This document shows positions 1-10,057 of a DNA stretch of 64,000 nt, in pieces; position 1 is the first letter of the stretch, and the number at the start of each line of letters is the position of its first letter. The DNA comes from a virus. The stretch lies in IMG/VR virus record IMGVR_UViG_3300010401_000033, positions 70,940 to 134,939 of that record, one strand, 5' to 3'. The position numbers and the translations under genes were made by a program. Below the pieces are notes generated by a model, which made no database searches, had not been told where the DNA came from, and saw nothing but the letters and a program-made list of their open reading frames with translations.

Positions 1-293
1 CGAAGGTCAAACATGTTCACACTGGATGCCGAATCATCAAATGGAAGCACCCCAGTCACTCCGACGATCTTATCAGGCACTAAGAGGTATTTTCGTGCAA
101 TATCCTGATCGGTGATCTGGTGCTTGAGATACAACTTCTCTGTCCCATCAAAGTGATAGTCGGTCCAAAACTCCAAGGCTTCATCAACACGGTCATCTAC
201 CTGGTCATCGTCAACGTTGACTTCAATGACTGGGTGCCCAAGTCTGCGCTTGCAGTAATCAATGTACTGTTGTCTAGTGGCTGGTGCCGACAT
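1..293 (-). CDS. gp13: T4 gp13-like neck protein (N-terminal part, runs off the window)
   Basis: Manual translation from ATG at 293: MSAPATRQQYIDYCKRRLGHPVIEVNVDDDQVDDRVDEALEFWTDYHFDG, the typical gp13 N-terminus; late promoter just upstream. Confidence 0.9.
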   Translation of the reverse strand, partial: MSAPATRQQYIDYCKRRLGHPVIEVNVDDDQVDDRVDEALEFWTDYHFDGTEKLYLKHQITDQDIARKYLLVPDKIVGVTGVLPFDDSASSVNMFDL

Positions 294-311
294 AGTGTTC
301 TCCTGTGCCTC

Positions 312-319
312 TATTTATG
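312..319 (-). promoter_or_regulatory. T4-type late promoter CATAAATA
   Basis: Match to the gp55 TATAAATA consensus, about 20 nt upstream of the gp13 ATG. Confidence 0.75.
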
Positions 320-467
320 TGATAATCATGATCCTGCGGCGGGCAGGCAAAGACTCATCCAGCAATTCTTTATCCCACCAACCATCTTGACTAACCTCAG
401 ACGTGAACCATGTGTTGGCTCGAACTTCTGGGTCAAACCATCCTTCGGCAACCGATCCTGCTGGCAT
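315..467 (-). CDS. small hypothetical protein, 50 aa (not in the ORF track)
   Basis: MPAGSVAEGWFDPEV...RRRIMIIT*; AAAGGTGA SD; fills the gap in the operon. Confidence 0.6.
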   Translation of the reverse strand: MPAGSVAEGWFDPEVRANTWFTSEVSQDGWWDKELLDESLPARRRIMIIT

Positions 468-476
468 ACATCACCT

Positions 477-1364
477 TTACCCTGTTGGTTCCCACACATG
501 AAGCCACGTACAACCGTCATGAATAAGGTGTGCTTGTAAGAGGTCTGCCTCTGCTGACCCATAGATGTTGACAAACCCATCCGCGTTCGTGGTAAACCAG
601 CCAGAGAGAATGGTCAATTGACGCACCGAGGTATCACTGGTACCCACGCCATTGTTGAAGAATCCTTCGGCGGAGGCCGCCCCGGCTTCCAACGTAGCAG
701 CGGTCACGCTGGTTGTCACGACACCAATTTCACCAATTTGCACGGCACTAGTGCAGCCGGTACCATCACCCGCACCGTTATCCGATGTACGAGAACTAAG
801 GAACTGAAACGACAATCCATTGGTTGTAGCACTACCACCCAGATGAGTGATGTGTGCCAAGAAATTGTACGTGCGGTTATTCATCACTCTGACAGAGAGC
901 CCCGGAATAATCTGACTAGTTAACTCCGAAAAACGAAGTCCCGAACTGCCGGCCCTCGCTCCGCGATTCATGACCACCTTTACGTTCAATGGTGCCACAC
1001 CTAACAACGGTTCATACTTCCAACCGATGCCCTCGGAGTATGATAGACTCTCCCCTGCCTTAAGTGTCGCACAGTAGAGTTCATAGATAGTGCCGTTCGC
1101 ATCATACTGAATATGCACCGTCATGGTGACAGTGGCATGGGCATTACGAACATGAATCGTCTTGACGTTGCGGGTCGTGGTGGCGGCTGGTGGATCAACG
1201 AGCCCTGTGTTACCGTTTCCAATGTTAATAAGTTGCCTACCCGCGGCCCCAATGGCACCAGTGGTTTGGTTCCTATCTGCATAGGTGGCCACACCGAAGA
1301 TGTTGCCCCCAGTCTCATCAAGAACAATTTTAATTCTATCTGTGGTGCTTGTAAGTAATAACAC
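477..1364 (-). CDS. putative virion/fibre-associated protein, paralog of 1377-2198
   Basis: Shares the N-terminus (ML.LT..TD.I, TTRN.K.I, YE.Y..TL.AGE.L.Y..G.G) and C-terminal WL.VW.PT with its neighbour. Confidence 0.65.
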   Translation of the reverse strand: MLLLTSTTDRIKIVLDETGGNIFGVATYADRNQTTGAIGAAGRQLINIGNGNTGLVDPPAATTTRNVKTIHVRNAHATVTMTVHIQYDANGTIYELYCATLKAGESLSYSEGIGWKYEPLLGVAPLNVKVVMNRGARAGSSGLRFSELTSQIIPGLSVRVMNNRTYNFLAHITHLGGSATTNGLSFQFLSSRTSDNGAGDGTGCTSAVQIGEIGVVTTSVTAATLEAGAASAEGFFNNGVGTSDTSVRQLTILSGWFTTNADGFVNIYGSAEADLLQAHLIHDGCTWLHVWEPTG

Positions 1365-1376
1365 AATTCTCTGCCT

Positions 1377-2198
1377 TTATGTTGTGGGTTGCCAAACACG
1401 TAGCCAGGAACCCTTTTTCACAATCAGTCCTGAGGCCACGGTCACCTCTGAGGTGGCTCGCATAGAGAATGTACCATCGGCACTTGGAATGATGAACCCT
1501 GAAATAATCGCTGGAACAATGGCGGTTGCCCCTGTGGTTTGTGCTGTGATGGCGGTATCTCGCGCAGTCACGGAACCGGCAGAATGGGCTGAGGCAGTCA
1601 CACTTCCTGTGACCGTGTCAATGGTGGAGATACGAGAATCGGAGGGCGCGTTTCCGATATTGTAGCCGAATTGTGAACCTGTGGTTGTGGCATTGTTGAT
1701 ATGATACAGGTGACACAAGAAATTATAGAGGACGCCGCTCAACATGGGAACTTGCAACCCTGTGATATCCGCAAACGTTGCGGCTGTGGCGTGTGTAGAA
1801 TCTGCTGTAACATACACCGTGCGTTCAAGACGTTGCGAGTTTGTTAAGTGAATAAACCCCATTCCATCAATGTATTCAAGTGTCTCTCCTGCTAACAATG
1901 TACATTTGTACATTTCATACAATGTTGCGTTTTGATCCAATTGTACGGTCAAGTCATTGGATACCGAGGCATCCAAATTCTTCATGAAAATTGACTTGAT
2001 ATTACGGGTGGTGCCAGTTGCGGGCCCGCCAACAATTGTTGTGGTTGTGGCAGTGAGGGGTTTTGACAATTGACGATCTGCCACTCCAACGGCGCCGCTC
2101 GTACTATCGCGTTCAATGTAACTCGCCACAACGGCAATATCTGCTCCTGAACTTGTGATGAGTGAAATTTTATCTGTATTGGCAGTTAGGACTAACAT
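1377..2198 (-). CDS. putative virion/fibre-associated protein, paralog of 477-1364
   Basis: Thr/Ala-rich; paralogous to its neighbour; GAGGA SD. Confidence 0.65.
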   Translation of the reverse strand: MLVLTANTDKISLITSSGADIAVVASYIERDSTSGAVGVADRQLSKPLTATTTTIVGGPATGTTRNIKSIFMKNLDASVSNDLTVQLDQNATLYEMYKCTLLAGETLEYIDGMGFIHLTNSQRLERTVYVTADSTHATAATFADITGLQVPMLSGVLYNFLCHLYHINNATTTGSQFGYNIGNAPSDSRISTIDTVTGSVTASAHSAGSVTARDTAITAQTTGATAIVPAIISGFIIPSADGTFSMRATSEVTVASGLIVKKGSWLRVWQPTT

Positions 2199-2223
2199 AG
2201 TAAATTCCTCTTAGTTGTATTTA

Positions 2224-2673
2224 TTATAGCATCGTGATGGCAATTTCGTTGACCGTACCAGTTACCACTGAGAATTGGAGTACCACATAATTGTTTGCCG
2301 GGATCGTGGCGTTCGTAAACGTTGTCGTGATTACTCCATTTGTTGTATTGGCACACACGGTGCTGCCTGTTATGTCCGTTCCGACTGTTCCAGTTGCCCT
2401 TGTATTGGCATAGGTCAGATTGAAGGTCACATTAGGAGTGGTGCCCTGCACGACTGAGACAACTTTTCTCACTGTGAGGGCGGTGTCAGTGTAGAAAAAA
2501 GTGATATTATCAGTGATAACTGGACTGATGACCGATATGCTCTTGGATCGTGATTCTAATGTGGCAACGGTACCGCTGTTAGCCGGTAGGGTCAGCACCA
2601 CTGATCCCGCAATAGCAGGTGCCTGGAGATCAACATAGCCCGATGTATCACCCGCAATTCTTAGTGTGGACAT
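2224..2673 (-). CDS. tail fibre accessory protein
   Basis: N-terminal G.TSG...L.APAIAG...LTLPA..GT module shared with the next two genes. Confidence 0.6.
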   Translation of the reverse strand: MSTLRIAGDTSGYVDLQAPAIAGSVVLTLPANSGTVATLESRSKSISVISPVITDNITFFYTDTALTVRKVVSVVQGTTPNVTFNLTYANTRATGTVGTDITGSTVCANTTNGVITTTFTNATIPANNYVVLQFSVVTGTVNEIAITML

Positions 2674-2687
2674 CTACGAATTCCTTA

Positions 2688-4178
2688 TTAGTCTTTCCAA
2701 TAGGTGATAGTGCCACGAAGGACTAATGTTCCACCAGTTGGAAAAGAAGTTGGGGTCAATTGAGTGAATGCTTGAGCCGAGGCGCTGCCTCGTATATCCA
2801 TTGTATTTGAGTTGGCTTCAATGTTACAAGTTAGGTGCGAGAATGTGGCACTCGTGACCCCACTATAACCCAAGGACCCTTCATGTCCGAGGCTGGAGAG
2901 CACCTTTGATGTGAATGGTAACCCCGTTATCTGGGCAATTCCAGATGCCGTGCTATGCGTGAACGTGCTTGTGACAATTGTAAATGTGAGGTCGATCTTT
3001 TTATCTGATATGGTGCCCCAGCCAACTTGAACGGAATACACGATAGTCAGGTTTCCTGGTGTGGCAAAGGTGAACACCGGAGTCCAGGAGAATGACATGC
3101 TGCCATTGATTTGATTATCCTTGGTGGTAGAACTATCCGTCACCCCAGTATTGGCATCATTTTGTGGGATTGTAAATAAGTTTTTTGCTGCACTTGATCC
3201 GAGGGACAATCCCGTTGTGAGTGTCCCTTCGTTGCTTACGATGGACCCACGGAATTGATTATTCGCCCCATAACACAAGATACCCTGCGTGGTGCCCCCG
3301 GCACCCCATATATCCCCCTCAAACATGTTGGCATAAATGGATGTGGTGGACGCTTCACCAATTGCCACCCCTGTGGTTTTGCACTTGTGAATACGTCCGA
3401 GCCTAAACTTATTGCCTATGATACCAGCGGTGGGGTTGACAAGAATAACTCCCTTGGTGCCAGCCACATTACTTCCATTGACTTCTATGAATTCAAATGT
3501 CGTTCCGAGAACAGCCGCGTTCGTTGCGTCCACCTTTACACAAATAGGATTTGTTCCACCCACTGTGGCAATATGATTGATACGGATGTGACTGTCTAAG
3601 CAACCAGGAACAAGATCATATGGAACATTGGCTGTAGGCTTAAAGAGGACGGCGGCATTATTGCCTGTGTATACAATCTGACCACTCCAAATACAATAGA
3701 CCATCATGCAGGAGTCAAATGTGACTCCATTTCCTGAGACTGCCGCAGTGAAGTTAATAGAACATGCCCCGATTTCTATGCGTTTATTTTGCATCGCGGG
3801 GAATGTAATACCAGTGGTGCAATTGATAACTGCTACGTCTTGTATTGGTGTATTTCCTTGAATCCCACCGCCGTACACATACAAATCATACCCATTTGCA
3901 CAGGCTTCATTGATCGCTTCCTGCAATCCACTAGTTGTAGACGCACTGATGTTGATGGTGTTTCCATCCGTCTTTCTCACTGTCCAGGTGCCTACACCTG
4001 TTCGTAACATTAACACACGACCACTGGATGTGATGAGCGTACCATTCGCTGCCGGAATGGTGAGCGTGGATGCCCCCATCACTGCGTCAGGTTGTATTCT
4101 CATAGAACCAGAGGTCGTCCCTGGCAACGTCAAACTATTGGCAGTGACACCTAATGTTCCGTCTATCAGTACGCTCAT
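2688..4178 (-). CDS. tail spike/receptor-binding protein, probable beta-helix
   Basis: Same GTTSGS..I.P.A......TIPAANGT module, then a G/N/V-rich beta-helix-like body and a C-terminal WTP...I.GLPFT fibre domain. Confidence 0.65.
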   Translation of the reverse strand: MSVLIDGTLGVTANSLTLPGTTSGSMRIQPDAVMGASTLTIPAANGTLITSSGRVLMLRTGVGTWTVRKTDGNTINISASTTSGLQEAINEACANGYDLYVYGGGIQGNTPIQDVAVINCTTGITFPAMQNKRIEIGACSINFTAAVSGNGVTFDSCMMVYCIWSGQIVYTGNNAAVLFKPTANVPYDLVPGCLDSHIRINHIATVGGTNPICVKVDATNAAVLGTTFEFIEVNGSNVAGTKGVILVNPTAGIIGNKFRLGRIHKCKTTGVAIGEASTTSIYANMFEGDIWGAGGTTQGILCYGANNQFRGSIVSNEGTLTTGLSLGSSAAKNLFTIPQNDANTGVTDSSTTKDNQINGSMSFSWTPVFTFATPGNLTIVYSVQVGWGTISDKKIDLTFTIVTSTFTHSTASGIAQITGLPFTSKVLSSLGHEGSLGYSGVTSATFSHLTCNIEANSNTMDIRGSASAQAFTQLTPTSFPTGGTLVLRGTITYWKD

Positions 4179-4188
4179 ATCCTGTTCC

Positions 4189-4986
4189 TTACCTCATGCG
4201 CCTGGCGCGTAAAATCCCATACCCTTTGAGAGATGACACTGAAAAATTCGCAATGGCATTCAAATAATAGACCGTTGAACCCGTGAGATTGACTTGTTGA
4301 GGTGCTAAGGTAAAAATAATACCTTCTCCGTTTGACCATGTGAGATTGACTGGGAATCGTGCTCCCCCATCGGCGCTTGGACTCTGAGCCGATACCGTTG
4401 AGAAGTTCCCTGCTAGCAATGTGGTCGCGGTCCCTGTACCCGTGACGAACCCCACAAATCCTGATACATCCCAATCCCCCGCGGTCAATGTGAGGTTCGC
4501 AATTTCTTTGACTACTCCGGTCGACAACGTTAAGGCGGCACCTGAGCCCACAGTCACAATAAGCAATTCACCAATTTTTCCTGCGGTGGCTACATCGCTG
4601 GTAGCGGTGCCTGATATGTCATTGGAGGAAAGCGTCACCACTCCTGATCTTCCAGCGACAGAAATGACATTGGCTGTGCTCACTAATGCTATTGTTCCGT
4701 TCGTAGCCGGGAGGGTAATGGTGGTCGCCCCAGCAATGGCAGTAGGAATCAATGTGATGGAACCGCTCGTGGCGCCCAACAGGATCAACCCATTGGCATT
4801 AACACCTGCGCCAGAGGACGTACCAATCATCTGCGTCATGCCATTGGTGAACTTGACACTTAAAATTGTATTCCCGGTGCTATCTAAGGTTGTATAGAAA
4901 ATCGCCTGGTTCGCCGTAGGTGCCGCGGGTGCGCTCGCCTGAATGTTAGGGATTAAAATTGTTTCAACAGAAAGTTGTCCTGGCAT
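4189..4986 (-). CDS. tail fibre protein
   Basis: GATSGSITLIPTAIAG module, V.SVAGRSGVVTL motif, C-terminal A.AG.IGE...LTAGDWDV...ARRMR fibre domain. Confidence 0.7.
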   Translation of the reverse strand: MPGQLSVETILIPNIQASAPAAPTANQAIFYTTLDSTGNTILSVKFTNGMTQMIGTSSGAGVNANGLILLGATSGSITLIPTAIAGATTITLPATNGTIALVSTANVISVAGRSGVVTLSSNDISGTATSDVATAGKIGELLIVTVGSGAALTLSTGVVKEIANLTLTAGDWDVSGFVGFVTGTGTATTLLAGNFSTVSAQSPSADGGARFPVNLTWSNGEGIIFTLAPQQVNLTGSTVYYLNAIANFSVSSLKGYGILRARRMR

Positions 4987-4995
4987 AAAATCTCC

Positions 4996-7900
4996 TTACA
5001 GAATCACCCAACGTGACCCTGATGGAACTGTCACAATGACGTTTGTATTTATGGTGATCGGGCCCGTAGACATCGCGGATCGCCCTGTGGCAATCGCATA
5101 ATTCGCTGTCACATTTTGGTCATTTTCATAGAACACCCTGTCTGTGCCTGTTCCCTTCGCGCCTGCTTCAAAGGTCACGGTATCTGTGGTAGCATTCGTG
5201 GTGATCGTCATACCGTTTGCTGCCACGATAGTCAGTGTGTCTGTATTAGAATCTGCTACAACATCTGATTGCCCTGCTACCGTGATCGTGACAAAGGAAT
5301 TCTGTGCTGCCCCGTTGGCTTTATCACGCGCATATTGATCCGTGGAAGTCACAGTGGAAGCAATCGTGATGGAGCCTTTGTCATTGGTAATAGCGATGCC
5401 TGTGCCCTGACTGAGTGTATTCAGATCATAACCACCGGAGACCGTGTTGCCAATGAGGATTGCGCCGTTGACTAAGGAGGCGGCGGTTTGACCAGTACCT
5501 CCACGTCCGACGGCTAATGTGCCCGAGGTTATAGCCGCAGCAGAAATGGCAATCGCAGTATTCGTAACGCTCGTGACGTGCCCATTGGAGTCCACCACAA
5601 CTTTAGGTACGGTTGCAGCATCACCGTAACCAGAAGCCGTGACCCCTGAGGTGGCATGAGAAATGACCCCAGTGGTGGAATCGTAATTGATTGGTGCCGT
5701 GTTAGAAATGTTGGCACGGATTTGTGCCGCGGTGTAAATTGCGGTGTTGCCATTGGCATAGGCAGCGTTGGCGCGAGCGAATGCAGCATCAGCATTAGTG
5801 GTCGCAATGTTCGCTTTTGCAAAGGCGGCGTTGGCTTGCGCTTGAGCAAAGGCATCGGAGGAGGCAATCGTGATTGAGCCTTTATCATTTGTGATCGTGA
5901 TGTTGGTGCCTGGGGTGATCGCATTGACATCAAACCCACCAGAGACCGTGTTCCCAATTAAGAGGGACCCATTCACTGTGATCGCAGTTTGCCCAGTACC
6001 CCCACGTCCGACGGCTAACGTACCAGACGTAATGGCGGCCGCAGAAATAGCAATAGACGTGTTGGTGACACTTGTGACATGTCCTTTATCATCTACCACA
6101 ACTTTTGCGACTGTCGCAGCATCACCATATCCTGACGTTACAGCGCCAGAGAGCGCATGGGAGATGACTCCCGTTGTCGGCTCGTAGTTGATCGGAGCCG
6201 TGTTAGAAATGTTGGCACGGATTTGTGCAGCAGTATAGATGGCGCCATTGGCTTTGTCAAATGCCGCCTGTCCGGTCGTTGTAGCACTATTCGCAGTGTC
6301 CCTGGCGAATTGATCTCCAGTTGATGCAATCGTGATGGTATCATTTGGAGCATCAGTGATAATTGACGTGTAGGTACCCGCTACAAGAATTAAGGTATCA
6401 GCATTTGAGTCGGCAATAACATTGTTCTGCCCAGCGACATTGATCGTGACGAAGGAGAGTTGCGCCGCCCCATTGGCTTTCGCAAAAGCAGCGTCGGCAT
6501 TCGTGGTCGCAATGTTGGCTTGATTATACGCAGAGGCAGCAATGATCCCATCGGTGTTCGCCTTATCAAACGCCGCCTGACCAGTCACGGAGGCACTGTT
6601 GGCAGTATCACGGGCAAACTGATCGCCTGTGGATGAGATTGTGATGGTATCGTTGGCATCATCAGTGGTGATAGAGGTGTATGTGCCAGCAACCAAGATG
6701 AGTGTGTCGGAATTTGAATCCGCTACAATGTTATTTTGTCCAGCGACATTGATCGTGACGAAGGAGAGTTGTGCTGACCCGTTGGCTTTATCAAATGCTC
6801 CTTGAGCAAGATTATTTGAAGAATTGGCTTTGTCAAATGCAGCGTTTGCCTGATCCCTTGCAAATTGGTCCAGTGCCGATCCACCTGTCGCCGCAATCGT
6901 GATGGAGCCCTTGTCATTCGTAATAAGAATTCCGGTGCCCTGGGTCAATGGGTTAACATCAAACCCACCAGACACGGTGTTACCAATGAGCAGTGAGCCA
7001 TTGACGGTGATGGCAGTTTGTCCTGTTCCCCCTCTATTCACCCCCAAGGTACCCGAGGTGATCTGCGATGCACTAATGGCAATAGCAGTGTTCGTGACAC
7101 TTGTGACGTGCCCATTGGAGTCCACCACAACCTTTGCCACCGTTGCTGCATCACCGTAGCCAGATGCCGTGGCACCAGATAAGGCGTGACTAATAACTCC
7201 TGTTGAAGGATCATAATTGATTGGTGCGGTGTTGGAAATGTTCGCACGAATCTGTGCCGCGGTGTAGATCGCGCCATTGGCTTTATCAAAGGCGGCGTTT
7301 GCCTGATCCCTCGCAAATTGATCGGAGGAGGCACCTCCTGTTGCGGTAAATGTGATGGTGTCGTTGGCATCGTCTGTCGTAATGACCATGCCTGTTCCCG
7401 CCACCAAAACTAACGTGTCGGTGTTGGAATCTGCTATGACATTGTTCTGACCCGCTACATTAACAGTGAGGAAGGTATTTTGTGCCGCTCCATTGGCTTT
7501 GTTGCGAGCATACGTATCAATTGAGGAGAAACCATTTATCCCAACGGGGCGCCAATTGGCTTTGAGGCGAATGTTCCAGTTTGTGAGGGTGCCTAGTACG
7601 TTTGGGTTCCCTGACGATTTTGTTGGAACGATAAGATTGCCCCCCGCAGCACTGATAAAGAAGTACGCATTGGCAGCATCCACCGCCATGTAATTGAGTG
7701 CATAGGTTGAGGAGTGAAAGTTACCCTTTGCTTGAATAACATCCCCGATAGACCACCCGAACAACCCTTCACCTGTATCCGCCACGGCAACCAAGTCTGC
7801 ATCGTAAGAAGTTGGAATACCTCCAAGTCCATGAGGCACCGAGATAACAAATAATCCGCTACTGAATGCTTGCAATGAGGATACGAAATCCCAGTCACCA

Positions 7901-9681
7901 TTAGAAAGGGCAGGTGAGGTGACCGCAATCGTAATGGTATCATTTGGTGCATCAGTTATTATAGAAATCCCGTTACCACCAACCAATACGAGTGTGTCAT
8001 TATTTGAATCCGCGACGATATCGGATTGCCCTGCGACATTGATTGTGACAAAAGAATTCTGTGCTGCTCCATTGGCTTTGTCACGCGCATATTGATCTGT
8101 GGACGATCCGCCGGTCGCGGCAATGACAATAGAACCTTTGTCGTTCGTGATGGCAATACCAGTGCCCTGTGTCAAGGTGTTGACATCAAACCCACCAGAG
8201 ACCGTGTTGCCAATTAAGAGGGAACCATTCACCGTAATAGCGGTCTGTCCTGTTCCACCTTTGGAGACCGGTACTGTCGTGAGTGAGATGACGCCCGATG
8301 CAGGGTCATAGAGGATCGGAGTGGTGTTGGAGATATTCGCTCGGATTTGTCCTGCCGTATAGATCGCGGTATTCGCGTTTGCGTAGGCAGCATTGGCTCT
8401 GTCAAAGGCACCTTGTGCCAAGGTTCGGTCGATGGCAACATTAGTTACCGCAGTGACATGCCCGTTTGAATCTACCGAGATAGAAGGTACAAAATTTGTA
8501 TTGCCGTAGGTTGTCGCGGTGACTCCTGAGAGAGCATGGGAAATTATGCCTGTAGAAGGGTCATAATTGATCGGAGCGGTGTTTGAAATGTTGGATCGTA
8601 TCTGCGCTGCGGTGTAAATCGCACCATTGGCTTTGTCAAATGCCGCCTGGCCAGTGACGTTTGCGGTATTTGCCTGATTAAATGCAGCGTTAGCAATATC
8701 CCTCGCAAATTGATCCGTGGCGCCTGCCCCGGTTTGGACTGCTACGTTGCTCACCGAGGTAACATGTCCGTTTGCATCCACCACAAACACAGGGATATGG
8801 GACGCATCACCGTAGCCTGATGGGGTCACCCCGGACGTAGCGTGACTGATAACTCCTGTGGAGGAATCGTAATTGATTGGTGCGGTATTAGAAATGTTGG
8901 ATCGTATCTGCTCGGCAGTATAGATTGCGGTATTCGCATTCGCATACGCGGCGTTGGCTTTGGCAAAGGCAGCGTCGGCATTGGTGGTCGCTATGTTCGC
9001 CTGAGCATAGGCTGACGCCGCAACAATTCCATCAGTATTGGCTTTATCAAATGCGGCTTGGGCGGTGACGTTCGCAGAGTTGGCTTTGGCAAAGGCAGCG
9101 TCGGCGTTCGTGGTCGCTATGTTGGCTTGATTGTACGCTGAGGCAGCAACCGTATTGGCAGTAGTGGCTAATGTAAAATCTGTATTGGCTTTATCAAACG
9201 CAGCCTGGCCAATGACGTTCGCGGTATTTGCCTGATTAAATGCAGCGTTGGCTTGATCTCTGGCGAACTGGTCAAAACTTGGAGGGAGCGCAATGGCTGT
9301 ATTGGTGATAGACGTGACATGACCCTTGGCATCCACCGTGATGGTCGGAACAAAGGTCGTATTCCCATAGGTCGCCGGGGTAACTGTAGAATCTGCGTGG
9401 CTGATAACCCCAGTGGTTGGGCTGTAATTGATTGGTGCCGTGTTAGAAATGTTGGCACGGATTTGCGCCGCGGTGTAGATCGCGGTATTTGCCTCAGCAA
9501 AGGCAGCGTTGGCAGTGTCATAGGCAGCATTCGCCTGATCAAATGCACCAGCAGCCACATGGCGAGCATATTGATCGTCGCCTGCACCGGCGCTCGCTGA
9601 TGTGGTAACAGAAGTAGGTTTTCCCCCCTTCACCTGAACAAGAATAGGTGGTGGGTTAGTGATTATGATTTTATCTGGCAT
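4996..9681 (-). CDS. long repeat-built tail fibre, 1561 aa
   Basis: 7x AIYTA.QIR.NISNT.PI.Y, 5x VAGQ...ADSN.DTL, 4x GGTGQTA modules, ANAAFDKAN coiled linkers; C-terminal DRVFYEN...GPITI...VPSGSRW motif. Confidence 0.85.
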   Translation of the reverse strand: MPDKIIITNPPPILVQVKGGKPTSVTTSASAGAGDDQYARHVAAGAFDQANAAYDTANAAFAEANTAIYTAAQIRANISNTAPINYSPTTGVISHADSTVTPATYGNTTFVPTITVDAKGHVTSITNTAIALPPSFDQFARDQANAAFNQANTANVIGQAAFDKANTDFTLATTANTVAASAYNQANIATTNADAAFAKANSANVTAQAAFDKANTDGIVAASAYAQANIATTNADAAFAKANAAYANANTAIYTAEQIRSNISNTAPINYDSSTGVISHATSGVTPSGYGDASHIPVFVVDANGHVTSVSNVAVQTGAGATDQFARDIANAAFNQANTANVTGQAAFDKANGAIYTAAQIRSNISNTAPINYDPSTGIISHALSGVTATTYGNTNFVPSISVDSNGHVTAVTNVAIDRTLAQGAFDRANAAYANANTAIYTAGQIRANISNTTPILYDPASGVISLTTVPVSKGGTGQTAITVNGSLLIGNTVSGGFDVNTLTQGTGIAITNDKGSIVIAATGGSSTDQYARDKANGAAQNSFVTINVAGQSDIVADSNNDTLVLVGGNGISIITDAPNDTITIAVTSPALSNGDWDFVSSLQAFSSGLFVISVPHGLGGIPTSYDADLVAVADTGEGLFGWSIGDVIQAKGNFHSSTYALNYMAVDAANAYFFISAAGGNLIVPTKSSGNPNVLGTLTNWNIRLKANWRPVGINGFSSIDTYARNKANGAAQNTFLTVNVAGQNNVIADSNTDTLVLVAGTGMVITTDDANDTITFTATGGASSDQFARDQANAAFDKANGAIYTAAQIRANISNTAPINYDPSTGVISHALSGATASGYGDAATVAKVVVDSNGHVTSVTNTAIAISASQITSGTLGVNRGGTGQTAITVNGSLLIGNTVSGGFDVNPLTQGTGILITNDKGSITIAATGGSALDQFARDQANAAFDKANSSNNLAQGAFDKANGSAQLSFVTINVAGQNNIVADSNSDTLILVAGTYTSITTDDANDTITISSTGDQFARDTANSASVTGQAAFDKANTDGIIAASAYNQANIATTNADAAFAKANGAAQLSFVTINVAGQNNVIADSNADTLILVAGTYTSIITDAPNDTITIASTGDQFARDTANSATTTGQAAFDKANGAIYTAAQIRANISNTAPINYEPTTGVISHALSGAVTSGYGDAATVAKVVVDDKGHVTSVTNTSIAISAAAITSGTLAVGRGGTGQTAITVNGSLLIGNTVSGGFDVNAITPGTNITITNDKGSITIASSDAFAQAQANAAFAKANIATTNADAAFARANAAYANGNTAIYTAAQIRANISNTAPINYDSTTGVISHATSGVTASGYGDAATVPKVVVDSNGHVTSVTNTAIAISAAAITSGTLAVGRGGTGQTAASLVNGAILIGNTVSGGYDLNTLSQGTGIAITNDKGSITIASTVTSTDQYARDKANGAAQNSFVTITVAGQSDVVADSNTDTLTIVAANGMTITTNATTDTVTFEAGAKGTGTDRVFYENDQNVTANYAIATGRSAMSTGPITINTNVIVTVPSGSRWVIL

Positions 9682-10014
9682 TTAGTGGGTGGCTCCAGGG
9701 TTCACCACGACAATACCTTGGATCAATCGTTGGCGAATTCCCGCATTTGAGGTTGAAACTACATCATAGACGTAACGACCTGGGGTGAGTAGTCCAGTGT
9801 TTGCCGCAGTCATAGAAAGGGTAATTTCTCCATTACCTGCATCAGTGAGTACTGTGGTGATGGTGTTGGATTTTGCAGAAAAGAATGATTTGCGAAGTTC
9901 AGTGTTGGCATAGAACCCAAGAAGGTTCTGTGCGGCTCCGTTGGCAGTCCGAACCGTGATGACCCGTGTAAAATCCGAGAATTGTTCAAGTTCTAAGGGA
10001 ACGTATCCAGCCAT
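9682..10014 (-). CDS. conserved small T4-like virion structural protein
   Basis: L.LEQ.SDF...ELRKS..S...G.ITLS.TA..T..L.PGRYVYDV pattern typical of large myoviruses. Confidence 0.7.
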   Translation of the reverse strand: MAGYVPLELEQFSDFTRVITVRTANGAAQNLLGFYANTELRKSFFSAKSNTITTVLTDAGNGEITLSMTAANTGLLTPGRYVYDVVSTSNAGIRQRLIQGIVVVNPGATH

Positions 10015-10039
10015 CGTACACCTCGTTGGTTATTCAGTC

Positions 10040-10047
10040 TATTTATG
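10040..10047 (-). promoter_or_regulatory. late promoter CATAAATA
   Basis: Intergenic, upstream of the 10014 start. Confidence 0.7.
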
Positions 10048-10057
10048 TGTTCATTGA

